A stretch of 60,765 nucleotides of DNA from a virus (lineage: Duplodnaviria; Caudoviricetes): IMG/VR virus record IMGVR_UViG_3300033148_002164, positions 1 through 60,765 of that record. One strand, 5' to 3'. Below are positions 18,697-27,788 of the stretch, piece after piece (within the stretch, counting starts at the first letter, position 1; every line of letters begins with the position of its first letter). The notes under the pieces are model-generated. The model saw only the letters and a program-made list of their open reading frames with translations, ran no database searches and was not told the origin of the DNA. The position numbers and the translations under genes are program-made.

Positions 18697-19148
18697 GATT
18701 CCGCCCTGATTTCTGCATGACGTTTCGTGTGGTGCTTCTTGCAGAGGAATACGACATCGAGCGGCTTCGAGTAGTCTTCGTGATGCGCCTCGGTTGGCGT
18801 TGCAGCGCACACTTCGCAAGGTAGCCGCTGCATGCGTCCTGCCTTGATAGCTCGCTGCACCTCTCCCCTTGCCTTTTCCTGCACTCTCCAGCCAGGAACC
18901 ATCATCCGGACCTTGTAGTCGGTGACCCCCCACCGCTTCGCGAGGTTGACCCGGCCTGGATACGGAGTCCCGTCGTGCAGTCTTTTGGCCTTGAGGTACC
19001 GAAGATCGCTTCTGATGGCGTCATCGCACCAAGGCTTTAGCAGTTCTCTTGCGACGGCTTCCCACATCCAGAACTCAACCCTGAAGGTGGATTCGTCGGT
19101 TTCTTGTACGTCGATGCCAGGCGCAAATGCGTCAGTCTTGGAGGTCAT
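18693..19148 (-). CDS. HTH plus HNH-like zinc-binding protein
   Basis: PGRVNLAKRWG and PCEVC..EAHHEDYSKPLDVVFLCKKHH (similar to 13437). Confidence 0.7.
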   Translation of the reverse strand: MTSKTDAFAPGIDVQETDESTFRVEFWMWEAVARELLKPWCDDAIRSDLRYLKAKRLHDGTPYPGRVNLAKRWGVTDYKVRMMVPGWRVQEKARGEVQRAIKAGRMQRLPCEVCAATPTEAHHEDYSKPLDVVFLCKKHHTKRHAEIRAES

Positions 19149-19289
19149 TGATTTTCTCGATTTTCAGTGTTCTCCAGGCCCGCCACCGAGCCGCCTTGCA
19201 AAGCGGCTTCGGTGACTGCTCGTCCGTCGTGGTGAGCGTGGGCTGAAAAGAGAACGATGTGACCCGAAGGCTAACTACTTCATAGCACG

Positions 19290-19667
19290 TTATCGCCCAG
19301 CCGGCCACCACACCGCCACCCCATGCTCCTCACACCGCCTCGCCATATCCGCCGTGCCCCGACCTCCGTGGAAGCCGACCGCGCCGTCGAGTTTGCTGGC
19401 GGCCATCTCCGCGTTGCGGCGTGGGCCTGCGCTGTTGCCGTGCTTCTCCCAGTCGGCTGGGTGGGGCTCCTCAGTGAGGTTTAGCGCGGACTGGCTGAGG
19501 GCGAGCATGTAGCCGCACCACTCAGCGGCGAAGCGGTCGGCGCCGGTGGGGCACGCGCCGTGGACCAGGGTGAACTCCCCGTGTTTGGCGAGGAGGGCGT
19601 AGAGCGCGTCTTCTACGGCGCGGCGGTTGGGGTAGTCTCGGCCGCCGAAGATTAGGATGCGTTTCAA
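19290..19667 (-). CDS. SLOG (YspA/DUF2493-like) protein
   Basis: ILIFGGRDY, VHGA..GAD, ADW..HG..AGP.RN..M and GRGTADM; TTGA overlap start. Confidence 0.85.
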   Translation of the reverse strand: MKRILIFGGRDYPNRRAVEDALYALLAKHGEFTLVHGACPTGADRFAAEWCGYMLALSQSALNLTEEPHPADWEKHGNSAGPRRNAEMAASKLDGAVGFHGGRGTADMARRCEEHGVAVWWPAGR

Positions 19668-20773
19668 AACATCGACGACTGAACGCCGCTCCTCAAGTCC
19701 TTCACCACCATGTCGACATAGGCGGGGTCTGGCTCTATGCAGATCGCGCGCCTCGCCTCGCTTGCTGGCAACTCCTCGCAAGCCATGGCGGCCCTGCATG
19801 TCCCGCCGAACGGCTCAAGCACCACGTCGCCAACGCGGGAGGATGAGCGAATCAGCCTATCGTAGAAACTCAGCGGCTTCTGGCATGGGTGACTCTCACC
19901 GGCGCCAGTCTTCAGACGCGCAAGCCCAGCGACGGTTGGAGAACGCCACACGTTGCCGATTCCGGTTGGGTGGAAGAATGGCGAGCGGGCTGCCTCGTAC
20001 TCAGCGCGGAGGTGGTCGTACTCAGCGCGGAGGTGGTCGTACTCAGCGCGGAGGTGGTCGTACGAGGCGCGGAGATCTCCGCCAGGCCAGACGCTTGGGT
20101 GGACGAGGTAGGGTCGGTCTCTGTGTTGCCCATGCTCCGTCATTGCCTTGGCGCAGGTTTGATAGTGCTCCCAGATAGGAAATGACCCACCTTCCCAGTT
20201 GCTGACACAGCCAGTCAGACCACCAGTCCTGCTCGGAAAGTAGGCAGCCAAGCCCTTGACGTTGAGTCTGGCGGCGAGCCGCTCGGACTTAAAGAAGGCT
20301 GGCATCGGGTTGCGCTCGTCGGCGCCAGCCACGTCGGCGATCTCCGCGCCAGCCCCGCCGTCGAGGTTCCACTCGTCGCGCTGGTAGTGGTCGCATACTT
20401 CGGTGTAGTCCAGCCATTCCCGCATTCCCGCCGCTCCTATGTCCGCCTTCGATCCCCCCTTGTCCCAGATGATTCGCGTCTTCCTTCGCCACCCCATCGA
20501 CTCCACCAACTCCCGCAGCGCGCTTGCGCTGTCATCGGTGCCCCAGACGTACAGGTTCGCCGATGGCTTGCAGATGCGCCCAACCTGCTCCAGGTGCGGC
20601 CGATACCACTCGCGGAAGTGGTCCCACGACTGGAAGCAGTCCCAGTCGGCCTTGCGCATGTTGTACGGGCCGTCGAGTATCGCGAGGCTGCATAGGCCGT
20701 CTGGCAGTGACGGCGCTATCTTGTCGAAGGTGCCTTGGTGGATGGTCGACCTGCTGCTCTTGTATGCTTCCAT
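19664..20773 (-). CDS. N6-adenine/N4-cytosine DNA methyltransferase (beta class) with an inserted HTH and heptad repeat
   Basis: DGPY motif IV, HPCQKP and VLEPFGG motif I. Confidence 0.85.
   Translation of the reverse strand: MEAYKSSRSTIHQGTFDKIAPSLPDGLCSLAILDGPYNMRKADWDCFQSWDHFREWYRPHLEQVGRICKPSANLYVWGTDDSASALRELVESMGWRRKTRIIWDKGGSKADIGAAGMREWLDYTEVCDHYQRDEWNLDGGAGAEIADVAGADERNPMPAFFKSERLAARLNVKGLAAYFPSRTGGLTGCVSNWEGGSFPIWEHYQTCAKAMTEHGQHRDRPYLVHPSVWPGGDLRASYDHLRAEYDHLRAEYDHLRAEYEAARSPFFHPTGIGNVWRSPTVAGLARLKTGAGESHPCQKPLSFYDRLIRSSSRVGDVVLEPFGGTCRAAMACEELPASEARRAICIEPDPAYVDMVVKDLRSGVQSSMF
19995..20063. repeat. perfect 21-bp tandem repeat x3.3 encoding YDHLRAE
   Basis: TCGTACTCAGCGCGGAGGTGG at 19995, 20016 and 20037. 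Confidence 0.95.
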
Positions 20774-21559
20774 GCTTGCTCCTCTCCGTTTCCTGTAACG
20801 CAAAGCGGCTCGCCTGCTCTTTCAACAGACGAGCCGCTATCGCTCGGGTGACGGCTGCTCGGTTGCCCGCCAAGGCTGTCAGCCGTCACCACCTCACTCT
20901 GGTTGGCCAGAGAACAGCCCGTACTGTCTGGGCTTGTTTGATGTTGGGACCTCTCTACAGCCTGGCGCGGCGCCACGAGCTCCCGCGAAGGCTTCTGCTC
21001 GAGTCTGCACCTCGACGCGGCGACCTTGCGTGCTGCGGGCCCACCAACTCCATGGGAGTCTGAGGCCGGGTCCGGCGCCTGCCTCGAGGCCGGTGGGGCT
21101 GTAGAGGAGGAGGGTCATGTCGCGTCTCCAAACAGCAGGCAAAGCATCCGCCTGACCCTGGGGCGTTGCCGCTCTCGCTTCTTCGGCCAAGCGCGATGCC
21201 TGACTTCGGCGCCGACTGTCTCCTCGACGTAGCGGCGAATCTCGTACTCGGCCAGATTGCCGGATGCGCGAGCCCTGCAGGCCTTGGCGAAGGAGCCGGG
21301 GTGTGGGTCGGTTAGGTCTGAGGTGACGATGTTGATGAAGGTGGCGAGGGTCATGTGATGCCGACTGCGATGACCACGTCGGTGATGCACTTGCGGGCAA
21401 GCTGCTTGCCGTGCTTGCGATGGTCTTCAGTGAGTTGATCTGGTGAGATGCTGAGCAGCCACGCGAGTTCTCGCAGGTTGTCGGCGATGGCGAGGTTCAG
21501 TTTGTGGATTCTCGCGTGCTCGTCGGCGACGATGTCGCGGTCTGCTTTGGCTGGGGCGC

Positions 21560-21787
21560 TCATGTCTCGCCTCCACTGAACGGCGACCCGTTGATGTTGT
21601 CGGGATGCAGCGCGATTCGCACCTGCTCGACACAGGCAGGGCAAGCCGTCAGACTGCCTCCAGCCTTGGCGTTGTAGGCCGCGTGGTCGATGCTGATGAA
21701 TGTGGAGCCGATGGCTCGGCGCCCGCACCATGTGCGCTTGTCGTGCTCGGCGTGGGTGTGGCGGATGCAGGTACTGGTGTCGCTCAT
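21560..21787 (-). CDS. small Cys/His-rich hypothetical protein
   Basis: GGAGAAAGC-ATG; WCG..CPAC. Confidence 0.5.
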   Translation of the reverse strand: MSDTSTCIRHTHAEHDKRTWCGRRAIGSTFISIDHAAYNAKAGGSLTACPACVEQVRIALHPDNINGSPFSGGET

Positions 21788-22068
21788 GCTTTCTCCGAGT
21801 AGTCCGAGAGGCAGATGATGTGAGAAGTGCATGCATTAATCACGCCCTTGCGCGGCCTGCGGCTGGCCTTCTCCTGCTTCAGCATGGCCATCACCAGCAG
21901 CAGGTCGTACTCTGGATCGTGGTCGGCCTCGTCGCCAGTCAGCGGCACTACTCGCGGAAGTCTGGCGATGATTTGTTTCGTCGCGCCTCGCAGGCGGCCC
22001 ATGGCGTCTGCTCGGATATCGTCAGCGCTGAATCCGCTTGCCGTGATGCTGTCGTCTTCTGGTGTCAT
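21784..22068 (-). CDS. hypothetical protein
   Basis: GAGGA RBS and ATGA coupling. Confidence 0.55.
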   Translation of the reverse strand: MTPEDDSITASGFSADDIRADAMGRLRGATKQIIARLPRVVPLTGDEADHDPEYDLLLVMAMLKQEKASRRPRKGVINACTSHIICLSDYSEKA

Positions 22069-22239
22069 GCTGTCCTCGGGTGCTGCCCGGTGCGACGCAG
22101 CCACGACCAAACGTCGTGGGCGGTGCCGGTGTAAACGGTCTCTTCGGCGATGATCGTGGTGACGATAATCTCCTTGCGGTAGTTGCCTGCTGGTCGGGTG
22201 GTGTAGTTGAGGGAGGCGAGGACTTGGTGGAGGGTGGGG

Positions 22240-22494
22240 TTAGTCACCGTCCACCTCCACCGCGTCCAAGTCTTCAAGAGGAGCCCACAACTCCACCGTC
22301 ACAGCACACACGCACTGCTCCCCCACCAGCGCGATCGGCTTCATGCCGGCCACCCCGCCAGGCCCGCCTACGTCGGCGCAGGGCTGGTTGCAGGCGGTGA
22401 GGTCGGGCTGCTCTTGCGGCGCTGGTGTGTCGAGGGACCACGCGGCGAAGAGGATGAAGGCGGGGATTGCGGCGAGTCGGAAGAGGTCGCTCAC
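22240..22494 (-). CDS. small secreted or membrane Cys-rich protein
   Basis: N-terminal hydrophobic stretch, CNQPC..CVC. Confidence 0.5.
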   Translation of the reverse strand: MSDLFRLAAIPAFILFAAWSLDTPAPQEQPDLTACNQPCADVGGPGGVAGMKPIALVGEQCVCAVTVELWAPLEDLDAVEVDGD

Positions 22495-22781
22495 GACTGC
22501 TCCTGTTTGCGCTTCCAGTCGACCAACTCGAAGAGGATCGGCCAAGGGAGGGTGACCATCTCAGCGGTGTAGCCCATGTGGCCGTGGCTTTTCTCGCCCT
22601 TGGTGGTGAGTCCGCCGCTGTCAGTGACGGCGCCGAGGTCGCTGTCGTCGAAGTAGATCTCTGGCTCGTCACTCTCGGTGTTCGGGTAGACGACCAACTC
22701 AGCGCTGGTGTGTAGATCCCGAATGGTATCGCCATGCTTGGCAGCGAAGTCAGCCTGGAGAGTGTTGAAGTATTCGTTCAT
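22491..22781 (-). CDS. hypothetical protein
   Basis: GGAG RBS, with promoter TTGTCG-N16-TATAGT (22852-22825). Confidence 0.65.
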   Translation of the reverse strand: MNEYFNTLQADFAAKHGDTIRDLHTSAELVVYPNTESDEPEIYFDDSDLGAVTDSGGLTTKGEKSHGHMGYTAEMVTLPWPILFELVDWKRKQEQS

Positions 22782-22884
22782 GCTGTGCTCCGTTGCGGTG
22801 GGCTTGTCCCCTCCCGACACACTAACTATAGCACGGCGAAACATGGCGACAAGTAAATAACCGAGATGATCGCGGAAAGGATCC

Positions 22885-23616
22885 TCAGTCGATCCGCCCA
22901 TCACAGTCATTGTCGGCCCCGTCCATCACTTCAAGCCCCAGCGGATGCGCCGAAGCATCCCCGTCGTCGCAGTCGCCCGGCTCATCAGCCCAAGCGTCGA
23001 GATTGCCCACGAGTTCCCACGGGGCACAGGCGGTCACCGCGATCCGGCTGTCGCCCCACCCATCCCGATCGAGGTCGGCGTACCAGGTGAAGGTGTCGGC
23101 CGGGGTCTCGTCCACCATGCCGTCGCAGTCGTTGTCGATGTGGTCGCACCACTCAACCGAGGTTCCAGGGTGGGTGTCCGCGTCCTCGTCGTCGCAGTCG
23201 TCGCCGCGCGCTGAGGAGTCCTCAGGAGGAGCGCAGGAGACCAGCGCAGCGCCAGTCCCGTAGCCATCGCCGTCCGCATCGAGGTAGTAGGTCAGCCCCG
23301 CGCCCTCGTCGATGAGCCCGTCGCAGTCATTGTCCAGGCCGTCGCAGAACTCCTCGGCGCCCGGGTAGGTCCACCCGCTGGAGTCGTTGCAGTCGCCGCC
23401 GACATCGGTCATCGCCGGGAGGAGTTCGCAGGCCACCATCCAGCGCTCGGGGTCTCCGTGGCCGTCTCCGTCGGTGTCGGCCCACTGGAGGACCGGGGTG
23501 CTGCTGGCGTCGAAGTCGTTGCAGTCGATGCTCGCGGGCCAGCCGTCTCCGTCCGCGTCGAGATCTGGGGTGAGAGGGGCAGTGGTGGTGCAGGCGAGTA
23601 GCAGGAAGAGGGTCAT
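22885..23616 (-). CDS. lipoprotein with MopE-related 'putative metal-binding' Asp/Cys repeats
   Basis: MTLFLLLAC lipobox-like start; repeated D.DGDG.G and DC.D.....PGA.E.CDG.DNDCDG..DE. Confidence 0.85.
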   Translation of the reverse strand: MTLFLLLACTTTAPLTPDLDADGDGWPASIDCNDFDASSTPVLQWADTDGDGHGDPERWMVACELLPAMTDVGGDCNDSSGWTYPGAEEFCDGLDNDCDGLIDEGAGLTYYLDADGDGYGTGAALVSCAPPEDSSARGDDCDDEDADTHPGTSVEWCDHIDNDCDGMVDETPADTFTWYADLDRDGWGDSRIAVTACAPWELVGNLDAWADEPGDCDDGDASAHPLGLEVMDGADNDCDGRID

Positions 23617-23972
23617 TCGTTCTCCAGGGGTTGTGCAAGTCGTTGGACGCGGGCTGCGATGATCTTGTTCATGGTGTCGGCGGACCGGACGGGGGAGAAG
23701 GGTAGGGTCTCCTCATCCTCGGATTCGGCCTGCCTGAGTCTCATGTGCTGCTGGTTGTGGCAGGGGCGGCAGAGCGTGATCCCGTTGTCGACGTCAAGCG
23801 CCACCTCGGGGTGCCTGTCCTTGAGGAGGATGTGGTGCGCCACGAGGTCCTCTTTGGTCTGGCAATGCTGGCAGGTGTGGCCGTCGCGTTCTCGGACCTT
23901 GTCCGACCACTGAGCCAGGGCGTAGGCGGTCGGGATCTTCACCAGCCTCAAGGGTGGGCGTTCGTCGCTCAT
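23613..23972 (-). CDS. HNH endonuclease
   Basis: RD.HTCQHC..AHHI..DVDNGITLCRPCH. Confidence 0.85.
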   Translation of the reverse strand: MSDERPPLRLVKIPTAYALAQWSDKVRERDGHTCQHCQTKEDLVAHHILLKDRHPEVALDVDNGITLCRPCHNQQHMRLRQAESEDEETLPFSPVRSADTMNKIIAARVQRLAQPLENE

Positions 23973-24307
23973 CGCATGCTCTCCAGTAGTTCGGCCAGCT
24001 GGGTCGCCTGCTTGTGGTGGAGTTCGTCCCACGCGCCAGCGATAGCTCGCAGCAGCCGCCCGCGTGGTGAGTCTGGCTCCTCATTGAAGAGGATCAGCTT
24101 TCCAGACCGCTCAAAGAGTTCGATCCGAAGCCTGGAAGGGTCAACAAAGTAGGCATCAGCTACCAAGACGATTTTGCTCGGAGTGATTGGCCTGTCCCTA
24201 ACTTCGATATCGCGGATATGCGGGGCTGACATCCCCAGCGCTTCGCCCATTTCACCAGCAGTCAGGCCGAGTCCTTTTCGGGCTTTTCTGAGATCAACCA
24301 GGTCCAT
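23969..24307 (-). CDS. XRE-family HTH regulator (possible repressor)
   Basis: LRKARKGLGLT..EMGEALGMS..HIRDIE; divergent from the packaging genes. Confidence 0.75.
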   Translation of the reverse strand: MDLVDLRKARKGLGLTAGEMGEALGMSAPHIRDIEVRDRPITPSKIVLVADAYFVDPSRLRIELFERSGKLILFNEEPDSPRGRLLRAIAGAWDELHHKQATQLAELLESMR

Positions 24308-24360
24308 TTTTCGTCCGAGGCGGTGAGGCGTCGTTGCCTCATTCTGTTATAGTCTATCCC

Positions 24361-25200
24361 ATGACCGGACCACAAACGCCAGCGCTGACACCAGAGATGA
24401 AGTCCTGGCTCGACGGCCAACTCAAGGCGGGCGTCTCTGACTTCAGAGATCTCGCGCGAGGTCTGGCGAAGGCCAAACTCATCTCGAAGAAGTTGCCGGT
24501 CATGAGGTCCTATGTGCCACTCATCCGTCAGTACCTCATCGCGCACGAGGGACAGCGAGGCGTGACTCCAGGCTCGACAGCCAACGAAGTCCCGCCGCCC
24601 GTAAGCAACAGGGACATCAGATCGGGGCCCCGCGAGACGCCGAACATAGACCGACAGCAGCGCCGAGCAGCAGCGGACGCAGAGAAGCGCCAGAACGAGA
24701 CCAACAAGGCGGCCAGGCGCGCCCACGTCGAAGCCGTGATCATGCGGGGCGGCCTGACTCGGATGGCCGTGCTCGAGCTATGCGCCAAGTGGGGGTGCAA
24801 GCCAACCGACATCAAGGCCGACGAGCGGATCGTGCTGGACTCGATGACCGAGCAGATGTCCTCGGAGTCAGTCCTTAGCTACACCGCCCGCTGGTTCAAG
24901 GGTATGGACCTCTTGATCGCCGAGTCCGCCGATCGGGGCGACATGAAGACAGCGATGCGCGGCCAGATCGCGATGGGGGAGGCGCTGGGCATCCTCGGCG
25001 GGGCTGAGAACGCGGTGACCGTGGTGATCGGGGCCGAGCAGGACGCGGGGGTGTACGTCTCGCGCGACCCTGAGGCGCTGAGGCTGGCCCGGGTGAACCG
25101 ACGGGCTCGGCTGATTGAGTTGAGGCAGGAGAGGGCGGTGCTGGCTGAGGAGCGGGGTGGGCTCGTTCTTGAGGCTGTGCACCCGGTGATTGAAGATTGA
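24361..25200 (+). CDS. putative terminase small subunit
   Basis: Position upstream of terL and helical HTH-like content; ATG 24361 follows TGTTATAGT with no SD. Confidence 0.55.
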   Translation: MTGPQTPALTPEMKSWLDGQLKAGVSDFRDLARGLAKAKLISKKLPVMRSYVPLIRQYLIAHEGQRGVTPGSTANEVPPPVSNRDIRSGPRETPNIDRQQRRAAADAEKRQNETNKAARRAHVEAVIMRGGLTRMAVLELCAKWGCKPTDIKADERIVLDSMTEQMSSESVLSYTARWFKGMDLLIAESADRGDMKTAMRGQIAMGEALGILGGAENAVTVVIGAEQDAGVYVSRDPEALRLARVNRRARLIELRQERAVLAEERGGLVLEAVHPVIED

Positions 25201-25441
25201 AGGAGCATGAGATGAGCGAGTACATGGAAAACAAAGGCGGGTCGCTCTATATATATGACGAGGGCTTCAGGCACGGAGTGGTTGAGAGCGATCTCGGACC
25301 GGGAGAATACGAACTCGTCTATGACGAGCGAGAGAAAGGCCAATGAATCAGAAAGTCAACCATCGGCCCAATAAGCGTCAAGCGATTGGAGGACCTTTTG
25401 CGTGGAGCTCGGCTACTTGGAAAGTGGGAGGCTAAGGAAGG

Positions 25442-27034
25442 GTGACCACCGAACACCTCGACCTCCTCGAAGCCCAACTCCTCGACGTAGACGCCGAACT
25501 CCGGCTGCTCGAAATCGAGGAGCGGGCCGACAACGCCGAACTCGCAATCCAGGGCGGGCGCGGAGCTCTCGCCGCGTTCGTGCGGTGGGCGTGGCCGATC
25601 GTGGAGCCGGGGGTCGTGCTCGAATGGTCGTGGTTCCTCGACCTGCTGTGCGAGGAGTGGGAACTCTTCATCAGCGGGAAGACTCAGGACCTCCTGATCA
25701 ACATGCCGCCCGGGATGATGAAGAGTTTGATCGGGTCGGTATTCGTGCCGGCGTTCGACTGGCTGCACCAACCATATCGGCGCTCCCTGTACTGCTCAGG
25801 TACGGCCAGCGTCAACAAGCGAGACAGCCGGCGCTGTAGGGATGTCATCCGGTCTGATGACTACATCGTGCTTGCAGCCGAGGCCGCGCGGCGCAGGGGT
25901 GAGGAGCCCTGGACACTCAAGAAGGACCAGTCTGAGAAACTGGATTATGCGAATACGATACAGGGCCAGCGCCTGTCTGTACCGCTGGGCGGTAGGATCG
26001 TTGGACAGCGCGGCAACATGCTGGTCGTCGATGACCCGCACGACGTGAAGGAGATCGTCCTGGGTGGACCCGACCAGGTCCGAAAGAGGCTCGCGGATCG
26101 CGTCCACATCTTCGACAAGGTGCTCCCCACCCGACTCAACGACCAGCGCAGGGACGGGCGCGCCGTGGTCATGCAGCGGCTGCACACCGACGACGTGTCG
26201 GGCCACTGCATCCGAGAGGGCGGCTGGCGTGTGGTGGTGTTCGCCATGCGCTTCAACCCGGACAACCCTCACAACCACCCGAAGGACCCGAGGACCGAGC
26301 GCGGCGAGCTGCTGGACCCGGTGCGGTTCCCCGAGGAGGTGCTGCGGAAGCTGGAGAAGCGCCTTGGCCCGTCACAGGCTGCCGCCCAACTCCAGCAGGA
26401 GCCCCGCATAGTCGAGGGTCTGAGGTTCAAGCGCGAGTGGTTCCGAGTCTACAAAGGCCTCCCGACCGCGATCGCCATGGCTTGCCAGATGCTGGTGCTC
26501 TCGGTGGACTGTGCCGCGTCGAAGAATAAGGAGGCGGACTGGACTGTGATGGTGCTCTGGGGGTTCATGCGTGGGCGGCGGTATCTGCTTGACCAGATCC
26601 GAGTAAAGAGCAACTACCCCGAGCAGAAGCGGGCTTTGCTTCTGATGTGGAACAAGTGGCGCAACGCTGGGGTCCGCAAGCTGCTGATCGAGAACAAGAG
26701 CAACGGGCTCCCGCTGATTGACGAGGCCTTGGTCGCAGGGATGCCCGCGATCGCCTTCAATCCGGGCTCCATCGGCTCCAAGGTGGACCGCGCCAGCTAC
26801 ACCGAAGGATGTGCTGAGGCCGGGCTAATCTACATCCCCGACGAGAAAGACGAGGCGTGGGTAGCTGATTGGGTGGATGAGCATTTGGCTTTTGGGCCTG
26901 GCTGCACGCACGACGACATGGTGGACGCGACCTCGCAGGTGATGTGCCACTGGGGGAAGGACTCGGGCACGGGGGATCAGGGGCTGGTTGGGGCGGACTT
27001 GGTCAAGCAGCAGTTTGCGTTTTTGCTTGGCTGA
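25442..27034 (+). CDS. terL: terminase large subunit
   Basis: INMPPGMMKS, VVDDP, VMQRLH..D, LQQEP, SVD, IENKSNG and HDDMVDA motifs. Confidence 0.95.
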   Translation: MTTEHLDLLEAQLLDVDAELRLLEIEERADNAELAIQGGRGALAAFVRWAWPIVEPGVVLEWSWFLDLLCEEWELFISGKTQDLLINMPPGMMKSLIGSVFVPAFDWLHQPYRRSLYCSGTASVNKRDSRRCRDVIRSDDYIVLAAEAARRRGEEPWTLKKDQSEKLDYANTIQGQRLSVPLGGRIVGQRGNMLVVDDPHDVKEIVLGGPDQVRKRLADRVHIFDKVLPTRLNDQRRDGRAVVMQRLHTDDVSGHCIREGGWRVVVFAMRFNPDNPHNHPKDPRTERGELLDPVRFPEEVLRKLEKRLGPSQAAAQLQQEPRIVEGLRFKREWFRVYKGLPTAIAMACQMLVLSVDCAASKNKEADWTVMVLWGFMRGRRYLLDQIRVKSNYPEQKRALLLMWNKWRNAGVRKLLIENKSNGLPLIDEALVAGMPAIAFNPGSIGSKVDRASYTEGCAEAGLIYIPDEKDEAWVADWVDEHLAFGPGCTHDDMVDATSQVMCHWGKDSGTGDQGLVGADLVKQQFAFLLG

Positions 27035-27079
27035 CCTGTTTCTCTGTGTTACGGTATTGGAGTAACAACGGAGAGCGAG

Positions 27080-27394
27080 ATGGGAGACAAGCACGAGGAC
27101 GAAGCCAAGGCTTTCAGAGATTATGTCGAGAAGGCGATGGGCGAGTTCGTCGGTGAACGACTGGATGACCCGACTCTGGCCAAGCGCGTGGCCAAGAAGC
27201 TTGGGGAGATTGTCGAGTCAATCGACATGCCGCCAAGCATCACGCTGGCCATGCTCGTCGACGTGTTCGAGATGGAATCTTCGACCATTCCGGAGTTCGG
27301 CGCAGCCTACCTCGCCAAGAGGGCGGTCGATGCGCTGGATTTGGCACTGGTGCAGCACATGGCGCTTGACCTTAAGGAGGCCGACAATGACTGA
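27080..27394 (+). CDS. hypothetical protein
   Basis: GGAGAG RBS; first gene of the insert between terL and portal. Confidence 0.65.
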   Translation: MGDKHEDEAKAFRDYVEKAMGEFVGERLDDPTLAKRVAKKLGEIVESIDMPPSITLAMLVDVFEMESSTIPEFGAAYLAKRAVDALDLALVQHMALDLKEADND

Positions 27395-27788
27395 CATCAA
27401 ACGAACCGAGCGCGGCTGGGCGGGGCACTACATTCTCGCCAACCGCTGCCTCTTCCGGCGCAACACCCTGCTCCAGTACGCCGGACTCAGCGTGGTGGTG
27501 TCTACGGTTGGGCTTCAGGTGCGGCGAGAGAGTTTGATCGATCCTGGGGTTGAGGCCTCGCCGGAGGAGCATTTCGAGACGGTCGGCTCAGGGCGTTACT
27601 TCGAGACTCAGGCTTTCCACGCCATGGAGGGCGACCGCTGGCTTGATGCCGACGTGTGTCAGCCGATCAGTCTGAACTCGCCGCACACCATCTCTGAGAT
27701 CGACGCTGACGACAGAGCCAACAACATGCACGAGGCTGTTGTGGCTGAGCTCAGTGAGCGCCTTCTGGCTGGCGAGGTGTTGACATGA
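27387..27788 (+). CDS. hypothetical phage protein
   Basis: AAGGAGG RBS; ERGWAGH..C.FRRNTLL, RYFET. Confidence 0.7.
   Translation: MTDIKRTERGWAGHYILANRCLFRRNTLLQYAGLSVVVSTVGLQVRRESLIDPGVEASPEEHFETVGSGRYFETQAFHAMEGDRWLDADVCQPISLNSPHTISEIDADDRANNMHEAVVAELSERLLAGEVLT

Noticed and set aside
19995-20063. Tandem repeats here and at 18318-18430 as a CRISPR-like array
   Set aside because: The units are about 21 bp, lie in frame within genes, lack spacer-length unique sequences, and no cas genes were seen.
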